The translations under genes were made by a program, and so were the position numbers. A DNA stretch of 64,000 nt. It comes from Chrysemys picta bellii. Its lineage: Eukaryota. Below the pieces are notes generated by a model. It was not told the DNA's origin. It saw only the letters and a list, made by a program, of their open reading frames with translations, and made no database searches. Positions 26,746 to 39,361 of this stretch are shown here, one piece after another. The stretch covers positions 72,106,001-72,170,000 of the forward strand of contig NC_088797.1 in NCBI RefSeq assembly GCF_011386835.1, in the 5' to 3' direction. How positions within the stretch are numbered: position 1 is the first letter of the stretch; every line of letters begins with the position of its first letter.

Positions 26746-28284
26746 TAGATAGTCTGGTGATCTGGGCCTTTAAGTCCCTTAGTTTAATAGAACTCAAGCA
26801 CCCTCAAACTTTTAAGGTTTAATGACCCCTGTGAAAGCTTACAATTTTTGTTCATATTCAGAAATTGTGACTGCCTTTTGCATCATGCCACAGTGCCTCA
26901 TAATGTATTTAGTTTGTAATTTCAGCAAGGTGGTTGTCATTCTAAAACACACACAAGGATTTTCAAATGTTTTCCAGCTCAAAACTCTCTTCATTCCAAA
27001 AATAAGGAGCCAACATTCATTGGAAAGTGGCTCATTTTCCATGGGAAATGGCTTTTCCCTCAAATAGCAATTGAAGATGAGCTACATTTAAGTGAGAATG
27101 GGCCCATTTTCATGTTCATGACAAAAAAGAAAAAAATCTTAGAACATGGAGTCCTTTTTGCATTTGGTTACAAATCTCATGCTGCTTTAATGTTCATGAT
27201 CCAACTTGAAGAATGAATTTCTGGACCTATTAAAGTCAATGGCAAAATTCCCAGTGACTTCAATGAGGCCTGGATTTCACCTGCAGTCTCTGTTCAAAGT
27301 CAAACTCGTGGCTCCAAAAACTGTTTTCTAATACTAGTTCCATCTTTCTACCCCTTATTCCCCCTCCCCACCTCCAGGCTGCCACTCACAATCCAGTACT
27401 AAGCAGAGTGCTAAGCAGGTGGACAGTTTGTGGATTTGCTTGGCTTCACTGCCTCTACAACCGTCATCACATCAATAGGGCTAGGAGGAGGTTAATCAAA
27501 ACCTGAAGCCGTTTATAGCAGTATTCGGCCTTCTTTGGCACTTAGATTTTTACCATTGTTGGAAGCAGCTAAGACTAGACTTGAGTGAATAATGCCCACC
27601 CAACCCCCAAAGAGCAAGCTGCGGAAGAGAACTTAGTAATACACTTCAAGGTGTAGAAATGTAGATTCTTAGGCACATGTGAACATAAGGTGAGGTGCTA
27701 GGGCTCAGAAATCCTCACATCAAGGATGGAAGCCTGTATAGGCACATGCAGTCAAATATATAGGCTGTGCACTCAAACATGCCTGGAGCTAAAGGAAACA
27801 ATCCCTTAGCTCTCAACTGCTGTAGGTGGCTTCCTACCGCAGGGTATAGAAGGAGTTACATGTTGTGGAGCTGCTGTCCATGTCCTTGACCTGCCCTCCT
27901 CCCCAACACAGATATTATGCTTCAGGGAGAGGGAGGAAAGGGAATTCATCCCTGTTTAGAAGGTCAGCACCAGGCCTATGCAACCATTTAAGCCCTATTT
28001 TGAAACCCTTAGGGAGCAGACTGTGTCAAAACTTGGTTCTGGGGCACATGGGAGACTTGAATTCCCCTTCATACTCTTTCCAGGCTGTGCACTTCCTCTG
28101 CAGCACAACCCCGGGAGAAGGATAAACAGACGTTCATCCCAGCTAAGCATTTGGTTTTGTGCTAGAATCAAAGACTTAGAGCTGTGATATATACAGAGTG
28201 AAGAACCTATTTCACCACCATTGAACACATTCCAACAAAGCAAACAATGCATTAGCACTGTAGCAATTTAAAATTATACACTTA

Positions 28285-28494
28285 GGGTATGTCTATACTG
28301 CAGTTAAACACCCAAGGATGGCCTGTATCAACTGACTCAGGCTTGGGCTCCAGGGCTGTTAAATTGTAGTTCAGACATTCAGGCTTGAGCTGGAGTCTGG
28401 GTTCCAGCCTGACCTGAATGTCTACACCACAAATTTACAGCCCTGTAGCCTGAGTCAGCAGCCACAGGTATTCAAGTGCAGTGTAGCCATAATA
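28285..28494. mobile_element. Harbinger-type MITE, right end degenerate
   Basis: TTA followed by gggtatgtctatactgca on the left, and tgcagtgtagccata on the right. Confidence 0.65.
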
Positions 28495-30280
28495 TTTGGT
28501 GTTTAAGGGTAAGCTCTGATTTTTTTGCCTTGCTGAGGAGAGATGCCTTTTTGGGATGATTTAGTTGGGCATTAAAAATATATACACTATAAAACTTGTG
28601 ACAGGATGTACATATAAACCCTTCTCTTCCTACCTTAATGTGGCGGTAACTAGAGGCTCATGAGAACTGGAATATAAAGAGGAGGCAATGGAAGGCAAAG
28701 GGGTCCAGCCCTTGAGATTTTATCCTAATTCACTTGATAGTTGGTGTTTCTCTGAAAGCTGCAGCTCCTACAGCCAGGTGATTAGGAATATTAACTCGTC
28801 TTTCATTTAAGAAAATTCTGTCCTTCATGGTTGTAGAGAAAAGATTGAAAGCGTGATCTGAGTGCACCCATAAAACTTAAAAGGCAGAAGGCAAATAAAA
28901 AGCACCCATTTTTTAAAACTCACTCTTAAACCAATTGCATGCTTTTGGGGAGCCTCACTTGCTGAACACATGGGGCTGGCAGGACTAGAGTCAGGAAGCT
29001 CCAAATCCAGACCATAAAAAAAGAGGCACTGGGACAGTGATCATGCTGATCAGAATCATCTCATTATTAAAGTGTCTTCCCCTTGTCCAAAACACACTAA
29101 CACTTCTTTATGTATATGGTACCTAAATTTAGGGCAAGAGTGATAATAAACTGCAATTCTCTCTTATTCTGTTTCTTATTAGCTCCAATTCAACAAAGCA
29201 TTTAAGCACACGTTTAAGTCCATCCCTATTCAGTAAAGCACAGGCATAAAATTAAGCAGGGTTTAAGCATGTGTTTTAAGAGCTTTGCAGAACAGGGTCT
29301 GCTGCAATAGGGCATTCTGCTCACACTTGTCCTGCACATTAGCTAGCTGCCATAGACCATAAAACAGTTTGTACAAACCAGATTAAAAGTTCACATTTTC
29401 CCAATTATTCTTGGTGTAATAAGACATTGTTCAGTGATCTTAGCATCCAGAATTCCTTGCAGCTGGTTCAACTTTATAAAATGTAATTTCAGCACCCATC
29501 TTTTCTCCCGATAGAAGGAGAAGGAACACCACACCAAAATGCTGCAACATCTTGCCAAGATTTAACAAGTATGCATAACTCTCCATAAATAGCTAACGAA
29601 TACTTTGACATACAGAGTAAAGCAGGTTGCATTTTCAGTTCATCTGGACCCTCCTCAGATACATATTAAGTAAAATGTATTTCCTTTCAGCATATGCTGA
29701 AACTTGTGCAGGCATAGAATCCTTCTTAGCTAATTGCGTCACTGTTGAAGTCTTGGTGACCCGGTTCTAAGGAATAATGAACAAATCCTCCAAAGAAGCA
29801 CTCAGATGCTAATCTGGGAACTAGGAATTCTTCACTTTAGAAAGGAAATTGTTTTTATTGAATGAAAATTAAAGTCTCTAACCCATGCAGTAGTTTCTTC
29901 CAGTCTGTCTTAGAAACCTCTTGACAGAGGACTGAGTATTGAAATGTCAGTAATTTTGCTCTATCATCTCCTTTCTAATAAGTAGACAAGTAGGCAGTTA
30001 GTCAGCTTGAAACATGACATTTTAATAATTTCCAGCTGTCTTGGTTTGTACGTGGTGAGCCTCTTAGAACTGAAGCCAGGCAGCAGAACAGAATGGACTT
30101 GTTTGAGAGTCATTCATGGATTAGGATAACCACATACATTTTAAGGAAACAAAGGACAGCTAAATAAAAACAAAAGTGGCAATCTTCTTAAGAGATCTCA
30201 CCCTCCAATGCTTATTTGGGGTCATATACTTGTATCTCACTGTATGATCTGATGTACAAGCCACTGCCTATAAACATATT

Positions 30281-30964
30281 CTGACCCCACACAGGACTGA
30301 GTGAAGTTAAGGAGGCTGGGTAGGCCAATTAACTCCACAGGCTGCACCTGAAGCAGGAGCCAGGATGTAGGAGATCGATTAGGAACAGACTCACCTGTGC
30401 AGAAACAGGCAGGGCCTATAAAGCTAAGTAGCAGACCACAGAGTGGTTGGTTGTTGGGAAAGACCAGTCATTTCTTGAGGGAGTGGTGCGGGCTGCTGGG
30501 AAAGGTTACAGGCAGGTAGGTGGTAGTCATCCTCTGGAAAGAGGGAGAAGGGTTCTTGGCGCTGGTACACTCAGAGACAGAGAGAGAAGGCAGCACCAGA
30601 GAGTAGGAGCAGAGAGAGGAAGCCCAGAACTGCTGAGCTGAGGTCTCTGGAGTGGAACCCAGAATAGAGGGCAGGCCTGGGTTCCCCTACCAGCCTGGTG
30701 GCCTAGAAATGAGGCAGTAATGGGCAGACTGCTGATGGATTGTATCCTGGAAGGGGAAAGGCTGTCTTTTACAAGGTCCATCTGGAAGCTTAAGTCATGA
30801 AGGAGACACTGTGGGTCCTGGAGACAGAGGAGCTGTAGTCCTATGAGAGACAGAATGATGGCATTCAAACCATGGTCAGGGGTATCCGCCTTGAGAGCCA
30901 CTCCCCAGGGTGAGCAAGAGGAAGTTCCGTGCCAGACCAGTGGTGAGTGGAGCATCTCTTGACA
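30281..30964 (+). mobile_element. LTR related to 23216-24211, 5' end eroded
   Basis: Contains ccccacacagg, a TATA-like ctataaag at 30416 and ggcctgggttcccctaccagc, and ends ggtgagtgg...cttGACA. Confidence 0.55.
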
Positions 30965-33900
30965 GGCTGAATTCCTGTTTGAGAGATCTTTCAGTTCTTT
31001 TATTATTAAGGGAAGCTGTACTTTAGAGGCTTGGTAGATAGTTTTCTCTTCTCTCCTAAAACTACTTTAACTGACTCATCCTCAGTCCAAAGAGAATACT
31101 GTAATTATTAACTGAGCACCAAACAATTGCTCCTTTAAAAACTATGCAGGAAGAGTCTGTAGTGCCATGTAGAATTCAGTTATGGATCTTGGAAACTTAC
31201 TGGCATTTGGAAATACTGAGTCACAAATATAACTTACTGCTCCAGAGATCTGCCCATTCCCACCATCCTCTGCCCACTTGATGCTATGCCAGCAATGTGG
31301 GAAATTTACTCTGAGAATTTGCTAAAAACAGGGCTCCTTGTTTTTTTTTTTTTTTAACTTGTAGCCCTCACTGAGCCAGAGGTCTCTAACTGAGAAAGAT
31401 TGTGCTCATTAAGTCTCAATCAAGGGAGTAATTGGAGGGCTGATTAGCAATGCCGCACAGAGGAGGAAGAAAGCTCCTCTGACCTGCATTATGATGAAGA
31501 CTCATCAGATGCTCAAGGGAGGATAAGAGTGTGTTTGTGGATGCATGTCTGTTGGCCTTAGTCATTTACTTCAGGGAGCAGTGTGATCGCTAAGCAAAAT
31601 CCTTGGAGTATTTTTTTCATAAAACATTGCAATGTTGCCAAGGCTAATTTATAGAGATAATGGCTTGAGTAGCACTGCTTTATTAATCACATTTACTAAT
31701 TAAGAAAATTGTATTTTTTTCAAAATATCATTGGAGACAAATTATACAGCATTGGCATTTCTATGGAAATTCAACATTAAAAACTGTTTTTGTCATATAA
31801 TGCAGTTAATTAAATGGGGAGGAATCCAGAATCAGTCTTGGATTCCATCGGCGTCAGAAGCCTAACAGTGACTTGCATTGTAGCCCAGTTGATTTGATGT
31901 AAATTTAACTTTGAGCAGCAATGATCATAATGTCTTTTACAAGGTCCATCTGGAAATATTGCACTGCGTTTGAACTGCTGCTTTCATACAGCAAATAAGA
32001 GCTGAGCTGTTACTCAACAGCTCTTCTAATGGGATTATTTTTAAAATAAACCAACAAGCAAAACATAAAATAGATGATCAGCTCTTAATTTGCAATATCA
32101 AACTTCAAGAGGTATTTGTGGAAAATTGATCAACTATTCTTCATCATTCATACTGCATAGCACCATGAATGGACACAGCGCTAGGCAGTTGATGCTGACA
32201 ATGTAACAGCTCCCTGTCTCCGAGCACTCAGTGTAAAGGCACAAGTGATAACAATCCAGTACGAGAACAAAATAACCTACTCCGTGTGCGTTTATGACCA
32301 CTATAACTTGAATGCTTCATGGAATAGGAATCTAAATGGAATTTTAGAAAACTTTTTATATGTGCAAGGAGTTGGCTTTTCTGGATCAGAAGGCAGCAAA
32401 CTGTGATAACAAATAATACAATTTGTAGAGGTTTTCTTTGCAAAATCACATTTCTTATAACATAAGTGTCACTGGCCTGCATGTGTGTGTAAACACCTAT
32501 ACAGATCTATCAGTTTCATCTTGTGGCCTCAGTGAAAGGGGATCCCGACCACAGAACAACAATACCACTCTTGGAGAATAACTCACTTTTCATTTTTTAA
32601 TATGGGAAAGGGAACATTATTACAGGTTGTGAAACTTACCTGATAGTTGACTGTTGAAATCATATTAGCCTGCATGTAATTACATTTACATGACTTTATG
32701 GGATTTTCTTCATAATCCTTCCTTCACTCATGTCAGAAAATGAAGAGGTGTTGCTTGGAAAGGTAACTAATCTCAAGAAGGAAATATGGTCTTGTGCTTA
32801 AAGGGCAGTATAGCCAGTGTATACAATGCTGTTCATTATTCTAACAGCACACTCTCAACCCTGATATATGTCCACTCCGCCATTAATCACCTTTATCTTT
32901 TGTTCTACCTAAGTGCCAAGCAATTCATTTTGATTATGCCTTGAATTAAAATACAGAGGCCTGATTTTCCACTGCCTTGTGTAGTCACATACCCCTGTGT
33001 AAAGTGGGAATAAAAATGTTACTAGGCTCATTGGACAATCTGTTTCTTCATCTGCCCCAGTACACATGCATGCCCCCTCTCCCCCAGACAAAAACATGTG
33101 CACAGTGTGTAAAATCCTGCCCCCACCAACTTGGTCCCAGAGGAATCCAGATGTAGCAGGACTATGGTGTTTTAGCTGCACAGGGAAATAAGATTTCTGG
33201 GACCCATCTAGTTATGCCATAAAGAATCATTACATGGTTGCTCCTTCCAAGTCTTCACTCAGTAAGGTTAAGGAGACAGCATGGCATGGGTGGACTGGAT
33301 GAAAAGCAGGGTGAAGCCAGTGGATCTTCTGCTATGTGGGTCCACCAGCCATTATCCTACATGGAATGGGGGCACAGATGCTGCTCAGTGTGGTGCAGTA
33401 GCAGCTCATGGAGTGGTTCTGCTCCTTCAGCTCTGTGGCTCAGGGGAGAAGGTTTCCTTTCTCCTCCTGTTTCAGTAAATTCCCCTAGCAGCTACACAGG
33501 GCCACTTGGGCTTCAGGCAAGGATGAAAATATAGCCCACGGTGAAGGAAACCAATGTGACTATGGGATAAGGATTGACCTTTTATTAAAAGTATTAGTCT
33601 TTTAACTTTGTAGAAGTCCTTGGCTACAGGGGTGAGATCAGCACAGAGGAGATCTCCATCTGGGAAAAGTCCTCTTTTACTGGAAGGACCTGAGGGGTGG
33701 GGATGGGGCAGCTGGGACTGGATAGTCCCAATACAAGGGAGCTGGACCAGCCCTCTAATATGATTTATTTTATAATAACTAATGAAGGCAAACTCTGTAG
33801 AATCCAAAACCGGCATCTGGAACTAACCAGTGCTTTGATGTGACAAACCTGCCAAACGAAATATTGGATGAGATTCTTACAACAAAATACATGGAAGCAG

Positions 33901-34358
33901 ATTCTGAGCTGGTGTGAATTGTCATTGCGCTTTGAAGTCAACAGAGCTATGATCATTTACACCAGCTCAGTGTCTGGCCCCATGAACTTTCACCAACACC
34001 AATGTGCATGCTAAGCTAAACAGAATACACATGCCATATTTTCCTTTTTGTAAGCTGCGGGGATCCTGTTTATCTGGACATTGAACACTTGTGTTTTTAT
34101 TTTAAAAAAGCCTTTAAGAAAATTACTCTTAAGCAACAATTAAAACAAACTTCGTGTGTAGTCATGTAACTCACAACTAGTTGGGAAATAACGCATTATT
34201 TTCATTTCAGAATAGTCAGTCAAAAGGAAATTAATTTAAAAAAGAAAGCAAGATAATAGTTCTGATAAATACTGATTCATACTTCAAAAGCTCCATTCCT
34301 GCTTTTAGTACTAGGCAGAGGACCTTTTGAGAAGTGCATTTCTTCAAAGCTTATCTTT

Positions 34359-34671
34359 GGGCTGGTCTACACTGGGCGGGGAGACTAAATCGATCCAAGA
34401 TACGCACCTTCAGCTACGCTATTAGCATAGCTGAAGTCGAAGTATCTTGGATCGAATTACCTGGCGTCCACACGGCGCGGGATCGACGGCCACGGCTCCC
34501 CCGTCAACTCTGCTACCGCCGCTTGCTCTGGTGGCGTTCCGGAGTCGACTGTGAGCGTGTTCAGGGATCAATAGATCGCATCTTAACGAGATGTCTTAAC
34601 GAGCCGCGATCTATTGATCCCGGATAAATCGATTGCTACCCGCTGATACGGCAGGTAGTGAAGATGTACCC
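34359..34671. mobile_element. Harbinger-type MITE
   Basis: Ends gggctggtctacact and agtgaagatgtaccc with 3-bp flanks ttt/ttt. Internal hairpin atccaagatac...cttcagcta...tagctgaag...gtatcttggat, CpG-rich. Confidence 0.8.
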
Positions 34672-35192
34672 TTTGTTGCCTTTTTTGGGGGGGGGAGGAG
34701 GATGACTCTATCATCCCCCAAGCAATTCTTCTCTCCCAATATGTGGTCTTTCTGGCTGTTAACTTTCAGAAGTCATTCTAACATTTTGGGAATTTTTTGA
34801 TAGAATAATTGGAAGAGCTCCAATAACTGATTCTTACAGCCAGTGGGGGTTTATTTACTTTGGCCGAGTGGCAAACATCATGTTGGAAGAGGAGTATGAT
34901 GCATTCAAGTTGATACATTTTGATGCCTGAAACTCCATGTTTATCAAACCTTGAAATTAAAGTTTCCTATAGAAGTGACTCCTAGCATAGTTTAACTGGT
35001 CACAGATAAATCTACAGGTATCTTGAGGGGAAAAGTGCACTTAAACAGGCATGTAGCCCCTCCCATTGCATGGCCATGCAATGGGGCTGCAGCTCATACT
35101 TCTCCATTTGTTATACCACCATGGGCAATGGATCAATAGCTGTTGCTGTTCTATAACCCCTATGCAGGCGTTAAGGACACTGGATCTACATA

Positions 35193-35280
35193 TCAGAGGG
35201 GTAGCCGTGTTAGTCTGAATCTGTAAAAAGCATCAGAGGGTCCTGTGCACCTTTAAGACTGGTCTCTACAGGACCCTCTG
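35193..35280. mobile_element. miniature Penelope-like insertion with an inverted internal arm
   Basis: gtagccgtgttagtctg...cagagggtcctgt is the antisense PLE 3' end. acaggaccctctg (35268-35280) is the exact reverse complement of 35234-35246. 13-bp TSD ctggatctacata at 35180-35192 and 35278-35290. Confidence 0.8.
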
Positions 35281-36669
35281 GATCTACATAGGAGAGCCAT
35301 AATTGCCAGGTCAGCCCAAAAATCCCTGTACATACCAACCTTTCTAAGCCTATTCTTCTCCAGGTGCAAAGGTGGGCAGAGGCCTTCCTATGCACGCAAG
35401 CTGGCTCCTGGTAAAACTCATCCCCTTCAGTGGGTCTAGGATTTCACCCAGTGAGGTGATCCCACTGCACAGTAACAATGTAAGGGACAAGTGTTATGGA
35501 GGGCCTCAGGTCAGACCTCCACACTATGGATGAAGTGTACCCAAAGGGTGGTGTTCAAAGCCAGCGGGAGGCTTTCCATTAACTTCAATGAGCTTTGGAT
35601 CCAGCCTTCAATGCCCGTCTTTATAATAGGCACATCTGAATCTTTAGCATTGAATAAAGATTTAGAAAATCCAGGAATGAATTATTGACGATTATCTATT
35701 AGTTCCCTACTAAGAAAGGAGGCAGTAAATATCATAGCCAAGGCATGTGCCACAATCTATTTTTAAGTAGAGCTCGGTGGGAAACAGTTTTCCCATACCC
35801 CACCCCAATCTGATTTTTGAGATATTAAAAAAACAAAAAAAAACCTTCTCAAATTAGAATGAAAAATAAAAATCTGAAAAACTTTCATGACCTGAATCTG
35901 TTTTTTTTGTTTTTTATTGGATCAGGTCAATGGAAATATTTTTCCTTTATTCTTTTTTAAATATTTTAATTCTAAGTTTACGTCCATTTCAAAATGAAAA
36001 GTCACTTCAGCTCAATTTTCCAATTCAAAAAATGTCAAAATGGGACACTTTGATAATTTTGAAACTTTTTCCCAAAGATTTCTTGGGTCAAGAGATTTGT
36101 CAAAACTGACCCAGTTTCAAAAACAATTTTGGTTTGGATGAATCGGTATCTTGTTGTGTGTATGTGTAGTAGGGGAAATGGTTTATCAAAAAAAAATCTT
36201 TACTACCTACCTTTATTATTAGTCTTCCCATTTTGTAAGATGCTGTTTTCAGTTGCTTATAACTTTGCCAAGTTTTAACTGTTTGGGCTGAAATTTTCTG
36301 TGCTTAATATCTGCTTGAGGCGGAATTATTTTTGGAGAGAAATCATATGCGATTTTAGATAGAATAGTTTCATATATGGTCCTTTTTAATAAGCATCAAT
36401 TAGCTCGAAGAGATGATTCTCAGTAATGAGCCATTCCTGAGGACCATTTGTTGTAGAATGTCATGTTAAATAGGGTCTCTAACATAAGGCCTATTATACC
36501 TGTGATCGGCATCAGCTTCCAAATAGTGCAGTTTAAGAAGCTAGCTTTGACTTCTAAAGCCCTAAATGATTTTAGTGGTGAAAACTTTAGACCTTATGAT
36601 CTTCATATATTACTGTGGCTGTTTTGGTGAAGGGAGCTGCTTACTCTTAGGCCTTGGCTACACTGGCGC

Positions 36670-37072
36670 CAGGGCTGGCTCTAGGTTTTTTGCTGCCCCA
36701 AGCAAAAAAAATTTTTGGCTGCCCCCCATCCCAGCCCTGGGCTCTCTCCCTTCCCCCAACTGCACCCTCCTGCTGCCCCAGCCCTGGGTCACTGGTAACT
36801 CACTCCCAGGGCGGGTCATTCAGCAGGAATTTTGGATGTGCACAGACCACAGACAGGATTGGTTCCCATATGGTTACAGAACTGCAGTAAAGTGGAACAA
36901 TTTTCAGCTTGTGTGACTGGAGGATATCTGGATGCATATTATAAGACTGTCCTACATAAATGAGGAAAAGTTGAGTTGCCTTTATTCTTTTGTTCCATTC
37001 TTTGTTTCTATGGGGAATGCACTATCACGGTCTTCCTTTTAAACAAATAAAACTAAAACTTAAATCTAAAAC

Positions 37073-37110
<38 letters not shown>

Positions 37111-37870
37111 CAATGGCTGATGAAAATAGCAATTCCAGTTCTAATAACCTTTGGGAAGCATTTCTTGCTCAATTTATTCTACTTTTTCTACAGCAAGTTA
37201 CAGCGGATCAGTATATTTGATTTGGGGGAAATGAAGTAACAGCTGCCCAAATTGAGCTTGAGCACTCCTGAATTTTGAGGGTGTTCAAATCTGGAAGGGA
37301 GATGCTAGATTCCCTTTCTGAATATTAGCTACATCTGGAAAGAGCACAGGACTGGGGAGGCAGGGGGTGCGGGGGGGTGGGGAAGAGCCCAGGACTAGGG
37401 CAGCAGGGGAGTGCAGGTGGGGGCCAGAGCTGGGGTGCGGGGGGGGGGGGGAGAAGAGCCCAGGGCTGGGGCAGTAAGGCGGTGCAGGTGGGGGCCAGAG
37501 CTGGGGCAGCAGGGGGTGTGGGCGGGGGAGAGTCCAGGGCTGGGGCAATACAGGGGTGCGGGGGGGGGGGGGGGGGAGGGTCGGCAAAAAACCTAGAGCT
37601 GGCTCTGTTCCTACCATTCACAGCAAGCTGCAGATTTCAGTACCATATTCCTTCCCCCACCCTTTCCTGTTGCTAGTGGCCAAGGGAATGCTGGGAAATG
37701 TAGTTCTTTCCCTGCTCCTGGGCTGGCTCTATAGGCAGGGAGCTAACCAAGGAACTACAGCTCCCAGGGCTCCCTGTTGGTTCTCAGCTCCCATGCTGGA
37801 TTCTTGCGCCCCTTGCAAATCTGCCGCCCCAAGCAACTGCTTGCTTTGCTGGTGCCTAGAGCTGGCCCTG
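36670..37870. mobile_element. non-autonomous hAT-type element, 1201 bp
   Basis: TIRs cagggctggctctagg and cctagagctggccctg. Perfect 8-bp TSD actggcgc at 36662-36669 and 37871-37878. Same TIR family as 20120-20446. No transposase ORF. Confidence 0.9.
37076..37109. repeat. poly(A)34
   Basis: Homopolymer run inside the hAT element. Confidence 0.95.
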
Positions 37871-38599
37871 ACTGGCGCTGTACAGTGCTGCAACTTGCTG
37901 CGCTCAGGGGTGTGAAAACGCCCCCCCCCCCGAGCACAGCGAGTACAGCGCTGTAAAGCGCCAGTGTAATCAGAGCTTGCAGCGCTGCAAGCTATTCCCC
38001 TCGGAGAGGTGGAGTACATACAGCGCTGCGAGAGCTCTCTCGCGGCAGCGCTGGGAAGTCCCGAGTGTAGCCAAGGCCTTATATGCTTGTGGCTGGAATG
38101 GAATGGGAGGATACTTGAAGCCGTGTGTGTGGTGGTTAGTGAGAAGGCCTGACAGAGCACAGATTTGTTGACTGCAGAGTAATGCTGAAAGTTCTGTCTT
38201 TAATCAGATCTTCCCTGGTGAAGAATAAGGGGGATTAATTGGCTAGGGTGGGTTATAAATTGAAGGATAGCATTTTATTTTGATGTGGTTTTGGGTGATT
38301 GTCTATCATGATTGTAATAGCTCCTAGAATTTCACACAGGCAATTTTTATTAATCTAAATAAGGAGGCGGCTCATTCTCAGAATTGTATCTAAGCTGATT
38401 ATCAATTTCTTCTTTAGATGGACACTGTTAGAAAGTACTTACTATTCAATCACAAAACATTATTAACTGGAGAACTTTGCTGATTGCTTACTATAGTGCA
38501 TAATACATGCATCTCTAGCTTCATTTTTAGTTCATACTAATGCCAACTTTGTTCGGAATATAGGCCTGATTTTTCCTCTGTTACACCAGTGGGAGGATG

Positions 38600-38790
38600 G
38601 TCAGGATTCTAGCCTGGGACTCAGGAGACCCCCCTTATGTGTGGCAGAGCAGAGAATTCATACTTCCTTTGTGACCTTGTGAGAGACAAAGGGAGTTGCA
38701 CTGTGCCTCAGTCCCCCATCTGTAAGATAGCATAATGTCACTTTTTCTACCTCACAGGGTAAGGGTAACTATATTAGTATGAGGTGCTTA
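38600..38790 (+). mobile_element. MIR/CORE-type SINE, degenerate
   Basis: Contains gcctgggactcaggagacc and ctgtgcctcagtcccccatctgtaagatagcataat...ctacctcacaggg. Confidence 0.5.
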
Positions 38791-39143
38791 AATATTCCAG
38801 TAGAAAGGTCAGATTTACTTTACTGTAAATCAGGAATAACAATTAGTCAATTGAATTACACCAGTGTATAGCCTGTACAAGTGAGAGGAGCATCCCAATA
38901 CCCATATAACAATTGCCCTATATCTAGGAAAGATCATACGTTGATTTAAAAGAAGAAAAAACTAAAGGCTTCAATTGGTTTCTTAGGTTTGCTAAGTAGA
39001 TTTTTTTGTATGGATGTCTTAATTAGATATTTCTGTCCTAAATATTGCATGAGACTTTTGGAGTAGCAGCCGTGTTAGTCTGTATCCGCAAAAAGAAGAA
39101 CAGGAGGACTTGTGGCACCTTAGAGACTAACAAATTTATTAGA

Positions 39144-39183
39144 GCATAAGCTTTCGTGGACTACAGCCCACTTCTTCGGATGC
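39144..39183 (-). ncRNA. minimal hammerhead ribozyme motif, left arm (CCGAAGA core variant)
   Basis: Exact reverse complement of 41628-41667. Confidence 0.6.
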
Positions 39184-39361
39184 ATATAGAATGGAACATA
39201 TATTGAGGAGATATATATATACACACATACAGAGAGCATAAACAGGTGGGAGTTGTCTTACCACCTCTGAGAGGCCAATTAATTAAGAGAAAAAAAACTT
39301 TTGAAGTGATAATCAAGCTAGCCGAGTACAGACAGACAGTTAGATAACAAGTGTGAGAGAT

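Larger units (their letters stand above)
36650..38078. mobile_element. Harbinger-type MITE (~220 bp) interrupted by a hAT element
   Basis: Perfect 15-bp TIR ggccttggctacact and agtgtagccaaggcc, with TTA TSD at 36647-36649 and 38079-38081. The left piece is 36650-36669 and the right piece is 37871-38078. Confidence 0.9.

Noticed and set aside
36990-38171. poly-Lys, poly-Pro and poly-Gly ORFs
   Set aside because: Produced by the A34 run and the G-rich subterminal repeats of the hAT element.
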